A DNA stretch of 40,887 bases, from IMG/VR virus record IMGVR_UViG_3300005326_000080, positions 1 to 40,887 of that record; one strand, written 5' to 3'. Under the pieces are notes generated by a model. It made no database searches, was not told the DNA's origin, and was given only the letters and a program-made list of their open reading frames with translations. This DNA comes from a virus (taxonomy: Duplodnaviria; Caudoviricetes). Below are positions 1 through 7,481 of this stretch, one piece after another. The position numbers and the translations under genes are program-made. Each line of letters opens with the position of its first letter. Position 1 is the stretch's first letter.

Positions 1-123
1 CGATGTTCGACCTGATGTTCGACCCGATGTTCGACCTGATGTTCGACCAGATGTTCGACTCGATGTTCGACCCGATGTTCGACCATTCTATTTCGGGCAA
101 CATCTTAGGTATAATATTGGCCG
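1..123. repeat. Terminal direct repeat, left copy (assembly overlap indicating a circular contig)
   Basis: 1-123 identical to 40765-40887, including ~40 bp of unique sequence beyond the 12-bp tandem array; a reading frame runs through the junction. Confidence 0.95.
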
Positions 124-316
124 CCATCTGGCATCCCAACGGGCTATCCATTATGAATAAAGCAGGTTTCTTCTCCCCGCAAAACTCATACAGCCAATCT
201 ATTTTGGGTTTTCTGGTTTCCCAGTCCAGAGGTTTGGCGGGGTAAACCAAGTCAAGCCATTCATCCCTGATTATCGGTATCAGTGCCTCTTGTTCTTTTG
301 TTAGCTTATCTAACAT
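1..316 (-). CDS. N-terminal part of the DUF6745-like repeat protein (continues at 40764 down to 39740; 446 aa in total)
   Basis: SD GGGGAG then ATG at 316; translates [29 protein letters not shown]...[27 protein letters not shown], in frame with ORF 39740..40867; not called in the ORF track. Confidence 0.85.
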   Translation of the reverse strand, partial: MLDKLTKEQEALIPIIRDEWLDLVYPAKPLDWETRKPKIDWLYEFCGEKKPALFIMDSPLGCQMAANIIPKMLPEIEWSNIGSNIESNIWSNIRSNIGSNIRSNI

Positions 317-324
317 ATCTCCCC

Positions 325-942
325 CTAATACCATCCATTTGACAACCAGAACGCCCAAGCCTCTTGAGCTGTGCCGTATCTGCTTGAGATATAGTTAATC
401 ATCCAATCCACCTGTTCATACATACTTTCCCTATACGCCCAACTTGCGGGCGGGTCGATGTTTTGAGGGATACCCCTAGCCCCTGAGTCTGGGTTGACTT
501 TCCACCAGCACCAATCCGATTCATTCCCCCCAAGGTGTAGTAGGGCTGTTCCTCCCTCTTCCCCCCAGGGTTGGATGGAGAGGGCGTAACAGATTGCGTC
601 CTGCCTGTCCTGGAGTTGTTGGGGGGTGTAGTCATCCCCGTACTCGACAGGCTGTTCTGTATCTGATTCTTGATGTTCTTCTTGAACGATTATTTCTTGT
701 TGCGCAAGTTCTTCGTCACGTTTTTTTATCTCCGACAGAATCGAGGACACTATTATCGGGGTCTCTGCGTCCGGCATACTTATCAGGCCCGCTTGGGTAT
801 TTCGAGGGCTTGACCCCAGATAGCCGCGTGAAACAGTATGGGCAACAGTACCCGCCGTCTTCTGTCCGAGGAGTGAACTGGTCAATATGCCTGCTACAAC
901 TACAATGATTACACCTGCCGTAAGCCATGATTTACGCATCAT
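325..942 (-). CDS. Membrane-anchored/secreted lytic transglycosylase (lysozyme-like, aggregation-promoting-factor type C-terminus)
   Basis: N-terminal basic plus hydrophobic segment; C-terminal motifs NESDW, NPDSGARGIPQ, YISSRYG, AWAFWLSNGWY. Confidence 0.8.
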   Translation of the reverse strand: MMRKSWLTAGVIIVVVAGILTSSLLGQKTAGTVAHTVSRGYLGSSPRNTQAGLISMPDAETPIIVSSILSEIKKRDEELAQQEIIVQEEHQESDTEQPVEYGDDYTPQQLQDRQDAICYALSIQPWGEEGGTALLHLGGNESDWCWWKVNPDSGARGIPQNIDPPASWAYRESMYEQVDWMINYISSRYGTAQEAWAFWLSNGWY

Positions 943-959
943 TCTCCTTTATGGTTGTC

Positions 960-1370
960 TTAATCCTCATCTTCATGTTTAGCTCTAATTGATACTTCTG
1001 TTCGCGGTGGACTGCCGTAACGCTTCCTATAAAATACGTCTACGATTTGAGCATCGTCCTCATATGCGAACTTCTGGATAGCATCGCACACCAACTTTGC
1101 ATAGTTATCCCAATCCGGGCGCGTCGTAGGGTATTTGTGTTTCACGCTCTTTGGTTTCGTCTTTACGGTAGTTATTTCTATAGCCAATGGCACATCGCGC
1201 TGGAATGGCCTCAATTTTAGCACCATACTTCTTATGCGGTCTTCTGCTATTGCCGTTGCACTCGGCGTGTATGCGAACGCCCGTCCTGTCTTCTTGTTGA
1301 CCGTAACCCTTGCCCTGCCCTTTGCGACCGGTTCTCCGTATAGAACAAATGACGTCGTAGCAGTATTCAT
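960..1370 (-). CDS. rusA: RusA-family Holliday junction resolvase
   Basis: GEPVAKGRAR, RPDWDNYAKLVCDA and YEDDAQIV motifs. Confidence 0.9.
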   Translation of the reverse strand: MNTATTSFVLYGEPVAKGRARVTVNKKTGRAFAYTPSATAIAEDRIRSMVLKLRPFQRDVPLAIEITTVKTKPKSVKHKYPTTRPDWDNYAKLVCDAIQKFAYEDDAQIVDVFYRKRYGSPPRTEVSIRAKHEDED

Positions 1371-1939
1371 TCATCGACTCCTATGCCGAAAATATCGGCG
1401 GCTCTCTTAGCCGCGTCATCAAGATGCCCCTGCCGATAGTATTTTTCTGTGGCAATCCTTGTGTTCGGGTAGCTAAACAAGCTGTTGCAGTCCATACAAT
1501 CGTGCGTGTAAGCAATCGCCTGGTATTCTGCATAGACTTCTTTGCTGTTACCCCGCGAGTCAATCTCTTTCCATTTTCGTGTAATCTTCGGGGCTTTCTG
1601 CATCCGTTCATATCCCGGAGTTCCTTTGAACGGAGGACGCTTAAATACCTCAGTCACGCAGTCAATAAGCTCCATCGTGTTGTTTGATTTGCAGTTCGGG
1701 CAAGAGACTTGCATTCTTTTTTCTGGTGGTCCCGACCCGCGGTAAAGTTTCTCATATGCGTTGACATAAGATAGCCCCATGACATGCAGCGTATGGTCGT
1801 TGTAGAAAGATTCAAGCACGCCGAGTACGTGTTTCTTTTCGGCTTCGTTCAGGTTCATGGATAACATCTTACGTTTGATATCAGGCAGAATCTTTTTTGT
1901 AAGTTCCTGGTAGTCGTCTAAGTTGTCGGGAATCTCCAT
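1367..1939 (-). CDS. Hypothetical zinc-binding protein downstream of the replication initiator
   Basis: CPNC and CMDC pairs; overlaps both neighbours, suggesting coupling. Confidence 0.6.
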   Translation of the reverse strand: MEIPDNLDDYQELTKKILPDIKRKMLSMNLNEAEKKHVLGVLESFYNDHTLHVMGLSYVNAYEKLYRGSGPPEKRMQVSCPNCKSNNTMELIDCVTEVFKRPPFKGTPGYERMQKAPKITRKWKEIDSRGNSKEVYAEYQAIAYTHDCMDCNSLFSYPNTRIATEKYYRQGHLDDAAKRAADIFGIGVDE

Positions 1940-2745
1940 AGTTTTTTCTCCTCGTCATATATCATGCCGGGTTGCGGCGGCTCTCCACGGGCGGGCCTCT
2001 TCTTCTGGTCGAGATATTTCCGTTCGATTACTTTAACCCAATTCGTATCGTTGGCAATCAACCAATCAAACGTCATCACCCATCCTTTTTCGTTCTCGCC
2101 AGATAGAAAAGGTTTCTGTTCTTCAATGGCCGTGAACAAATCCGTCCACGCTATGCCTTCTTTGACCATTTCATAGTCTCGTTCTCGCAACTTTTTTTTC
2201 CGGGTGTCAGATAAGGTGGTGATGCCAGCGAGCCATTCGATAGAGTTCCATTGTCCTTTGACTCTATCGACGTCTACTTCCATTGCTAACTTTTTTCTCT
2301 TCCCTTCACTTTCTTTCTTTTTACTTTCCTTATCTTCTTTTAAGGGTGTCATTGGTTTACCTTTGGGTGTCAATGGTTTACCAGGGTCCGGCGAACATGC
2401 GCGGCCTGGTTCTGGATACTCGGCTTGCCGCTTTCTGTCGCCCCTGAACGTCTGGAACTTATCAAACGCGACCAGCTCAAGATATGCCGAATCATCTACT
2501 TCATAAAGGGTGATTAGCCCCTCTCTTGATAGGTCGGTGCTAAGTTTCTCTATCTGTTCCAAAGTTATAGCTTCGCGTGGAAATATGGCAGCCTTTAATA
2601 GCTCCGGTTCAGCGTGGAATCTTCCGAAATCATCGGTGAATGGTATCAACCATGTGTAGAATAGCTTTGCCCAGGGGTCTGTAAGCCGCGCCACTTTTTT
2701 TGACACGGTTATATTGCGTGCTAGCATCCTTCGAGTCGTGCTCAT
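1918..2745 (-). CDS. Phage replication initiator (replisome-organiser type)
   Basis: N-terminal LFYTWLIPFTDDFGRF...LLKAAIFP wHTH-like region; central repeat and Lys/Glu-rich linker; C-terminal WVMTFDWLIANDTNWVKVIERKY. Confidence 0.8.
   Translation of the reverse strand: MSTTRRMLARNITVSKKVARLTDPWAKLFYTWLIPFTDDFGRFHAEPELLKAAIFPREAITLEQIEKLSTDLSREGLITLYEVDDSAYLELVAFDKFQTFRGDRKRQAEYPEPGRACSPDPGKPLTPKGKPMTPLKEDKESKKKESEGKRKKLAMEVDVDRVKGQWNSIEWLAGITTLSDTRKKKLRERDYEMVKEGIAWTDLFTAIEEQKPFLSGENEKGWVMTFDWLIANDTNWVKVIERKYLDQKKRPARGEPPQPGMIYDEEKKLWRFPTT
2290..2384 (-). promoter_or_regulatory. Putative replication origin inside the initiator gene
   Basis: Two copies of GGTAAACCA(T/A)TGACACCC at 21-bp period followed by a ~50-nt purine/A-rich tract, as in lambdoid initiator-embedded origins. 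Confidence 0.6.
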
Positions 2746-2981
2746 ACGGCAAGCCTAATCTGTCCGCCGTTGCATGGTTCGCTTATGAGTGTATAAAGAT
2801 AGAGTCCGGGTTCGATATAGCTATGTGTAATGCCGTAACCGATTTGTCGTAAATCCCATATCCGTGCGCCGTAGCGGAAGCATATCTCGTTAAGCTCTAC
2901 GTTTGTCTTTGGTCCGTCTTTAAGTGCGAATACGATTGCCTGTTGCTGCCTTGATAACTTCTTGTGGTCTGAATCAGCCAT
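2742..2981 (-). CDS. Small winged-HTH DNA-binding protein
   Basis: TNVELNEICFRYGARIWDLRQIGYGI pattern; SD AAGGAG. Confidence 0.65.
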   Translation of the reverse strand: MADSDHKKLSRQQQAIVFALKDGPKTNVELNEICFRYGARIWDLRQIGYGITHSYIEPGLYLYTLISEPCNGGQIRLAV

Positions 2982-2999
2982 GTGGTTCTCCTTTTAGTT

Positions 3000-3034
3000 A
3001 TGGGGACTGACCTTATCGGGAAGCCAGTCCCCAT
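3000..3034. other. GC-rich intergenic hairpin (no U-tract on the coding strand)
   Basis: ATGGGGACTG ... CAGTCCCCAT inverted repeat. Confidence 0.55.
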
Positions 3035-3058
3035 CCCTCTACCCCCGCAGCAAATATT

Positions 3059-3949
3059 TTACTGTTGGAAAAAGTCTTCAATCGGCTCCTGAACCCTATC
3101 GTCCGGCTCTTCGGGAGGTTCGTTATCCGCAATAACCTTATCGAGCTTTTTTATAAGGTCACTCGCTTGGGATAGCGTCAGCTCGTTTGTGTGTTCTACC
3201 CCGTAGGCATTACTCAAGACCTTGTAGTAAGCATCTTCATCAATGGCCCCGTTGTCGATGGCCGTCTTTTTTAGAACGTGTATCTTGCCAATCTGTGCTT
3301 TAGATGCTGGCTTCTCCGTATCTGGTGCGTCTTTTGCAACAGTATCAGGGGTGTTAACGACCTCCGCTTCTATGACTGCGATATCCACGGGCGCATCTTC
3401 GGCCAAAGGCAGCCCGATAGAGTAGGCATTACGTAACACGCGCCCCGTGGCTCGCGTCCGGGCGACGGCTCGCACATCTTTCTCTTTCGCTGCGCCCCCT
3501 GATTTGCCTTGTATGCCGATATCTTTGGGTGATGCTTCCCCGTACTCGATGTAAGGCGTATCGCTCCCAGATTTGAAAAGAAGGGCCTTCCAGAAGTGAA
3601 CGAAGTCCGGTTTATTCGGGTCGTTTTGCGTAATACCGGCGGCCATCCTCTCGTCCATCGTCGCGGGTTGCAACTGGATTGCCGAAGGCGGATTGTCGTT
3701 GCGCTCGGCGATTACCTTAAGCCCGCCAACCGTGACGTAGAAGTTTCCGCCCAGGCACAACAGCTGCTTCTGCAAAGGGTCAAGCCCGTACTGGATGCTC
3801 AGGTTGCTGAGTGCCTGCTTCTCTCGTGGCGACAGCTTGCCTTGCCATAAGTCACGGGCAAGTTCGCGGTTCTGTTTTTGTATTGCATCCCGGTTTATGT
3901 TGGCCGGGGCCGCGCTCGTTGGGTTCGTCAGGTCTTTTCCTTTGGTCAT
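3059..3949 (-). CDS. Putative single-strand annealing recombinase (RecT/Bet-like)
   Basis: QYGLDPLQKQLL...FYVTVGGLKVIAE resembles the RecT/Bet N-terminus; next to an exonuclease; start moved to ATG 3949 after AAGGAG. Confidence 0.55.
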   Translation of the reverse strand: MTKGKDLTNPTSAAPANINRDAIQKQNRELARDLWQGKLSPREKQALSNLSIQYGLDPLQKQLLCLGGNFYVTVGGLKVIAERNDNPPSAIQLQPATMDERMAAGITQNDPNKPDFVHFWKALLFKSGSDTPYIEYGEASPKDIGIQGKSGGAAKEKDVRAVARTRATGRVLRNAYSIGLPLAEDAPVDIAVIEAEVVNTPDTVAKDAPDTEKPASKAQIGKIHVLKKTAIDNGAIDEDAYYKVLSNAYGVEHTNELTLSQASDLIKKLDKVIADNEPPEEPDDRVQEPIEDFFQQ

Positions 3950-3950
3950 T

Positions 3951-4859
3951 TTATACCAGCTCCTTATGACATATATCCCAATACCCGCACCATTTGGGCG
4001 AGCAATTCCATGCACTTGACTGCGCCGGTAGATATACGTGCTTGTAAATCCCGTCAGCGACACGAGCGGTAACGGCCAGAGCGCGTAAACAATCCTCGTC
4101 CGTTCGGGTCGTTTCGCATATGTCTACCTGCGGCGTCTTTGTGGTTATCATGCAATCGAATCCAAGGCTCTTCGGGAAATGCCCGGTTTTCTCTTTGTAG
4201 GCCAGGGCATAGACACTAAGTTGCATATCTTTATCTATCTCCGCCTGGTTCATCTTCTTCCCCTTGCGTTTGATGTCTCTGAGCTGTTCATCCACGGTCA
4301 GAATATCGACGTATCCTATCAAGTCATAATCCACGTTGTCGAACTTGAGCACGAACTTCTTCTCTACCTCTACCGGCTGGAGCTGTTTCGCTCTGCTGGG
4401 TAAGGTATCGTTTCCGGCATGATACAGGGTGAGCGCGGCGGCGGTCTTGTCCTTCATGTCTCCGGCCTCTTCGTCCTCTTTCCAGATAGCATTATCCCGT
4501 TCTTTGTCGAATGTATCGGAGAATACTTCGAGGACCTCTTTGGTCGGCAAGTTCTCGTGGCTCTCTATCTTCTGCTTGAAGTCGTGCTCCATGCCTTTGT
4601 GTGCGGCTGTGCCGAGTATCATGACCCCCGCGGGCGGCAACTTAAGCCCCAAGATGTACCGGTAATAGTACGAAAGGCCACAGTTTAGGTAGGTGTTTAC
4701 TGCGGAAAATGACAAGTAACTCGGAGCGTTCTGTCTTACTGCGAACTCAAGTTCTTCCTTAAGAACGCGATACAAGGGTCGCCCGAAGACGTTATCAATC
4801 CCCTTTGCCTTAAGCTGGTCGATTAGTGCCTGTCTAGTCTGTGTCTTTGCATCTGCCAT
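3951..4859 (-). CDS. PD-(D/E)XK exonuclease, RecB/AddB/Cas4-like, with probable Fe-S cysteines
   Basis: LSFSAVNTYLNC, GTAAH, GYVDIL...DIK, QLSVYALA and terminal CSPKWCGYWDIC. Confidence 0.85.
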   Translation of the reverse strand: MADAKTQTRQALIDQLKAKGIDNVFGRPLYRVLKEELEFAVRQNAPSYLSFSAVNTYLNCGLSYYYRYILGLKLPPAGVMILGTAAHKGMEHDFKQKIESHENLPTKEVLEVFSDTFDKERDNAIWKEDEEAGDMKDKTAAALTLYHAGNDTLPSRAKQLQPVEVEKKFVLKFDNVDYDLIGYVDILTVDEQLRDIKRKGKKMNQAEIDKDMQLSVYALAYKEKTGHFPKSLGFDCMITTKTPQVDICETTRTDEDCLRALAVTARVADGIYKHVYLPAQSSAWNCSPKWCGYWDICHKELV

Positions 4860-4879
4860 CTAACATCGTCCCCCTCTGT

Positions 4880-4972
4880 CTAGTGCTTATCTAACTCTTG
4901 TCTTATGTACCTGATTGCTAATATAGCGGCGATAATGACGATAATACATATGTAGGTCTGCGCGATTGTCAT
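4880..4972 (-). CDS. Small membrane peptide (30 aa)
   Basis: MTIAQTYICIIVIIAAILAIRYIRQELDKH; fills the gap exactly, ATG adjacent to the upstream stop. Confidence 0.5.
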   Translation of the reverse strand: MTIAQTYICIIVIIAAILAIRYIRQELDKH

Positions 4973-5179
4973 TTAGCCCTCGATTAAGAACAGGTCGCCG
5001 AAGCTCTTTCCGTAGTAGTTCAGTAGCCGGGTCGCTTGCTTGTCGTCGATAGGTCGCTTCTGACTTTCTATGCGGCTCATCTGTGCTTCTGACATACGGG
5101 CGATGTACGCGACGTCTGCCAGCGTCATGCCGCATTCTTTTCGTACTTTCTTAAGTTCGGGTTTGGCTAATATCTTCAT
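4973..5179 (-). CDS. XRE/Cro-like HTH regulator
   Basis: LKKVRKECGMTLADVAYIARMSEAQMSRIES; start uncertain (ATG 5179 or TTG 5206). Confidence 0.8.
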   Translation of the reverse strand: MKILAKPELKKVRKECGMTLADVAYIARMSEAQMSRIESQKRPIDDKQATRLLNYYGKSFGDLFLIEG

Positions 5180-5185
5180 GCTGAT

Positions 5186-5216
5186 ATTCTTACCATTGGC
5201 AAGCAACCTCTGTCAA
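5186..5216 (-). promoter_or_regulatory. Possible promoter for the HTH gene (perhaps leaderless)
   Basis: TTGACA, then 18 nt, then TAAGAAT ending 6 nt before ATG 5179; -10 element imperfect. Confidence 0.3.
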
Positions 5217-5401
5217 CTATTTTTGTAAATATATTCGTATATCTCGTTCTCCAGCGGCTCAAAGTCATTGACTGCGTTGTGTAGTATGTCGGCCACGAAC
5301 TCGTGCCGCTCCCTGTAATACGTTGCCATGTCCGGGTATCTTCGCCCGCCAACATCTACCCAGCCCACTCCCTCTTGTTCGTAGTCGAATAAACGCGGCA
5401 T
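5213..5401 (-). CDS. Hypothetical protein
   Basis: SD GAGGAGG before ATG 5401 (MPRLFDYEQ...). Confidence 0.6.
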   Translation of the reverse strand: MPRLFDYEQEGVGWVDVGGRRYPDMATYYRERHEFVADILHNAVNDFEPLENEIYEYIYKNS

Positions 5402-5402
5402 G

Positions 5403-5573
5403 TCAATCCTCCTCTTCGTCAAGTTTGTACTTGCCTTTCATAAGGGCGTGACCCCTCATGACAAGCTCTCGTATGACCTGAGACATGCTCATGTGTTGCT
5501 TGAATGCCAGCTCCCGGAGCTTCTCGTGCGCTTCGTCGTCCAATAAATACCGGTAATATGTTTTCTCTCCCAT
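5403..5573 (-). CDS. Ribbon-helix-helix (Arc/CopG-like) regulator, 56 aa
   Basis: Not in the ORF track; MGEKTYYRYLLDDEAHEKLRELAFKQHMSMSQVIRELV; SD GGGGAG. Confidence 0.7.
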   Translation of the reverse strand: MGEKTYYRYLLDDEAHEKLRELAFKQHMSMSQVIRELVMRGHALMKGKYKLDEEED

Positions 5574-5589
5574 GTTTGGCTCCCCTCTG

Positions 5590-5787
5590 TCAAATATAGC
5601 GAATGAATATCCGTATGCCCTCGCCGGATAAACTCTTGCGGACGGTTCGCCCGCCTTGTTCTTTGCGTATCTGTTCGTATTCTTTGAACGCTTGCCGGAG
5701 TGCCGCAGATGTGCTTCTCGCGTAGACGCTCCGGGTTACCTTGTCCGCCGTCCCGTTCCCGAATGTGACCGAATATGCTCGCATCAT
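5590..5787 (-). CDS. Hypothetical protein
   Basis: Start overlaps the upstream stop; collinear in the early operon. Confidence 0.6.
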   Translation of the reverse strand: MMRAYSVTFGNGTADKVTRSVYARSTSAALRQAFKEYEQIRKEQGGRTVRKSLSGEGIRIFIRYI

Positions 5788-6419
5788 TCTATCGCTAACG
5801 CTAATTGTCCGGTCGATTCTTCGACGATACGCGCCGGGGCCGGGTCGCTCAGGTTGATTATTTCCCAGTCGCGGGAGTATGCAAAACAGCCGCGATAAGA
5901 TTCCGCGTCGGCTTTGTAGTTAAACGCCGTCGCTTTATTGATATCGCGCTCCCAAACCGCGCTCGCTTTGCCGCGCTTCCGAAGATAATGCCAACCGTCA
6001 GACCCCGTATACCCGCGATACTCCCGGTCCCGGCGTATGATAAACTTGTCGGACGGTAGCGGCGTCTCTAAGGCCCGTTTAAGTATGGCCTGATACCCTG
6101 GCCCCTTCCGATTTATCTCGATAGGGTCGTCCGGCTTGTATGTGCTATGTCTCCAGTTGAACGCCTGATATTCCGGCATGTGGCGTAGGACCTTAAGGGC
6201 TCGCGTGTACTTGTTCTGTGTGCCGGGCTGAAAATTGCCTTCTTCGTAAGATGCTAGAATATCGACGTCCAGGGCCTCGCGACCGCCTGCTTCATAAACC
6301 TTCGTAAGAGACGGACACTCCCGCGCGTCGTAGTCCCGCGGCCAAACATTATTGTCCGCAGACCGGACAAAGACTTTCCCGTCCTTGACGGTTATGCTTT
6401 TAACTATTGCGTAGCTCAA
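5784..6419 (-). CDS. Hypothetical protein (early cassette)
   Basis: 211-aa ORF; SD GGAGGTG before a TTG start. Confidence 0.75.
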   Translation of the reverse strand: MSYAIVKSITVKDGKVFVRSADNNVWPRDYDARECPSLTKVYEAGGREALDVDILASYEEGNFQPGTQNKYTRALKVLRHMPEYQAFNWRHSTYKPDDPIEINRKGPGYQAILKRALETPLPSDKFIIRRDREYRGYTGSDGWHYLRKRGKASAVWERDINKATAFNYKADAESYRGCFAYSRDWEIINLSDPAPARIVEESTGQLALAIE

Positions 6420-6595
6420 TTCTTACACCTCCAAACGTCTATTATTGCCGCGATAATAAATCGTAGCGGCATCTCGTCCATGCTTTCATAATCGCCGCGC
6501 CATATACAGCCGCCCATTAGTTGACACGAACAGTCTTCGCAACCTAGCCGCTCTGACCGATTCTGCGCGAACATCATCCATATTCTTTCTTTCAT
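6416..6595 (-). CDS. Small Cys-rich hypothetical protein, 59 aa
   Basis: Not in the ORF track; MKERIWMMFAQNRSERLGCEDCSCQLMGGCIW...; SD GGGGAGG; TTGA overlap with the next gene. Confidence 0.6.
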   Translation of the reverse strand: MKERIWMMFAQNRSERLGCEDCSCQLMGGCIWRGDYESMDEMPLRFIIAAIIDVWRCKN

Positions 6596-6622
6596 GTTGT
6601 CGCCTCCCCTCTGGCCTTATAA

Positions 6623-6660
6623 GCTCCGTCCGGGGCCGGCGAACCGGCCCCAGGCGCAAC
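6623..6660 (-). repeat. Structured intergenic hairpin element, copy B
   Basis: GTTGCGCCTGGGGCCGG-TTCG-CCGGCCCCGGACGGAGC; arms match the copy at 7430-7473. Confidence 0.7.
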
Positions 6661-6671
6661 CGATAAGATGA

Positions 6672-6896
6672 TTAGCGTAGTCCTACGACGTCCAACACGG
6701 GGCCGGATAGGTAGCCGATATTAGAACCCATGCCGATATAAAAGCACTCCGGCGCGTCGTCCTCGTCCTCGTCATTGTTGGCCGCTTGTCCCGCGCCGCT
6801 TATCCGGTGTTCGATTGCCATGTTGTCCCGCGCTATGCGAACTTCTATATCTTCCGGCGCGTCCTCTAGCAGCTCTATTAGCTCTTTAACCTTCAT
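6672..6896 (-). CDS. Small acidic hypothetical phage protein (MKVKELIELLE type)
   Basis: SD GGAGGAG; common phage small-ORF N-terminus. Confidence 0.7.
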   Translation of the reverse strand: MKVKELIELLEDAPEDIEVRIARDNMAIEHRISGAGQAANNDEDEDDAPECFYIGMGSNIGYLSGPVLDVVGLR

Positions 6897-6952
6897 GGTC
6901 GTTCACTCCTCCCGGCGGCCCGCGTTGGCGCCGCCGCTTTGTCTATCGTCTT

Positions 6953-7387
6953 TTAATATTCGTCGGCCCTCATTACGGTTAGGACGAACCGAAGTTCTGC
7001 GCCGTTTAGCGTTTCGCCGGTTCCGCGATAATCGTCAATCTTGAAAAAGTAATCTACCCCGGCGCGGCGAATCTTGCCGAAGTCATGGACGCCGGCCGGG
7101 TCGTTGTCCGGGCCGAAGGCGTCGAAGTCCTTAACGGCCTTGAGTAGGCTCCACATTTCTATCATGTCTAAGGCCGTGACGCCGCGGGTCAACATGAGTT
7201 TGTCGGGGGCCGCAACCATCGGCAAAAACCGCCGGACGTTGTCCGCCTGTTCCGCCGTCATGCCGCCGAAGTAGTGGCCGCAGTGGTCGCAGTTTCCGAC
7301 AACGTGCGAGCCGTTCCCGGTCGCGCCTGTCTCTTTCTGGCATTGGGGGCATATCGTCGTTATTACTTCATACTGTTTCGTTTCCAT
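6953..7387 (-). CDS. DUF3768-like protein with N-terminal zinc ribbon
   Basis: CPQC...CDHC, then LTRGV...FDAFGPDNDPAGVHDFG...FFKIDDY...VLTVMRADEY; start at ATG 7387 after GAGGTG. Confidence 0.8.
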   Translation of the reverse strand: METKQYEVITTICPQCQKETGATGNGSHVVGNCDHCGHYFGGMTAEQADNVRRFLPMVAAPDKLMLTRGVTALDMIEMWSLLKAVKDFDAFGPDNDPAGVHDFGKIRRAGVDYFFKIDDYRGTGETLNGAELRFVLTVMRADEY

Positions 7388-7429
7388 CTGTATCACCTCG
7401 CTTTCATAGGGGTCTATTTTGGTCCGTGT

Positions 7430-7473
7430 GCTCCGCAAGAGGCCCGGCGCATAGCTCAGGCCTCAAGCGCAAC
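7430..7473 (-). repeat. Structured intergenic hairpin element, copy A
   Basis: GTTGCGCTTGAGGCCTG...CGGGCCTCTTGCGGAGC. Confidence 0.7.
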
Positions 7474-7481
7474 AAGCGGGC

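Noticed and set aside
1-123. Biological terminal repeat of the virion DNA
   Set aside because: It falls mid-gene within a tandem array, far from the terminase region, which is typical of an assembler overlap
3-245. Plus-strand [11 protein letters not shown] and the minus-strand VEHR-repeat ORF 40332-40850
   Set aside because: Shadow frames of the stop-free 12-bp repeat; no SD or domain content
3951-4859. Cas4 as part of a CRISPR-Cas system
   Set aside because: No other cas genes or array; the context is a recombination module
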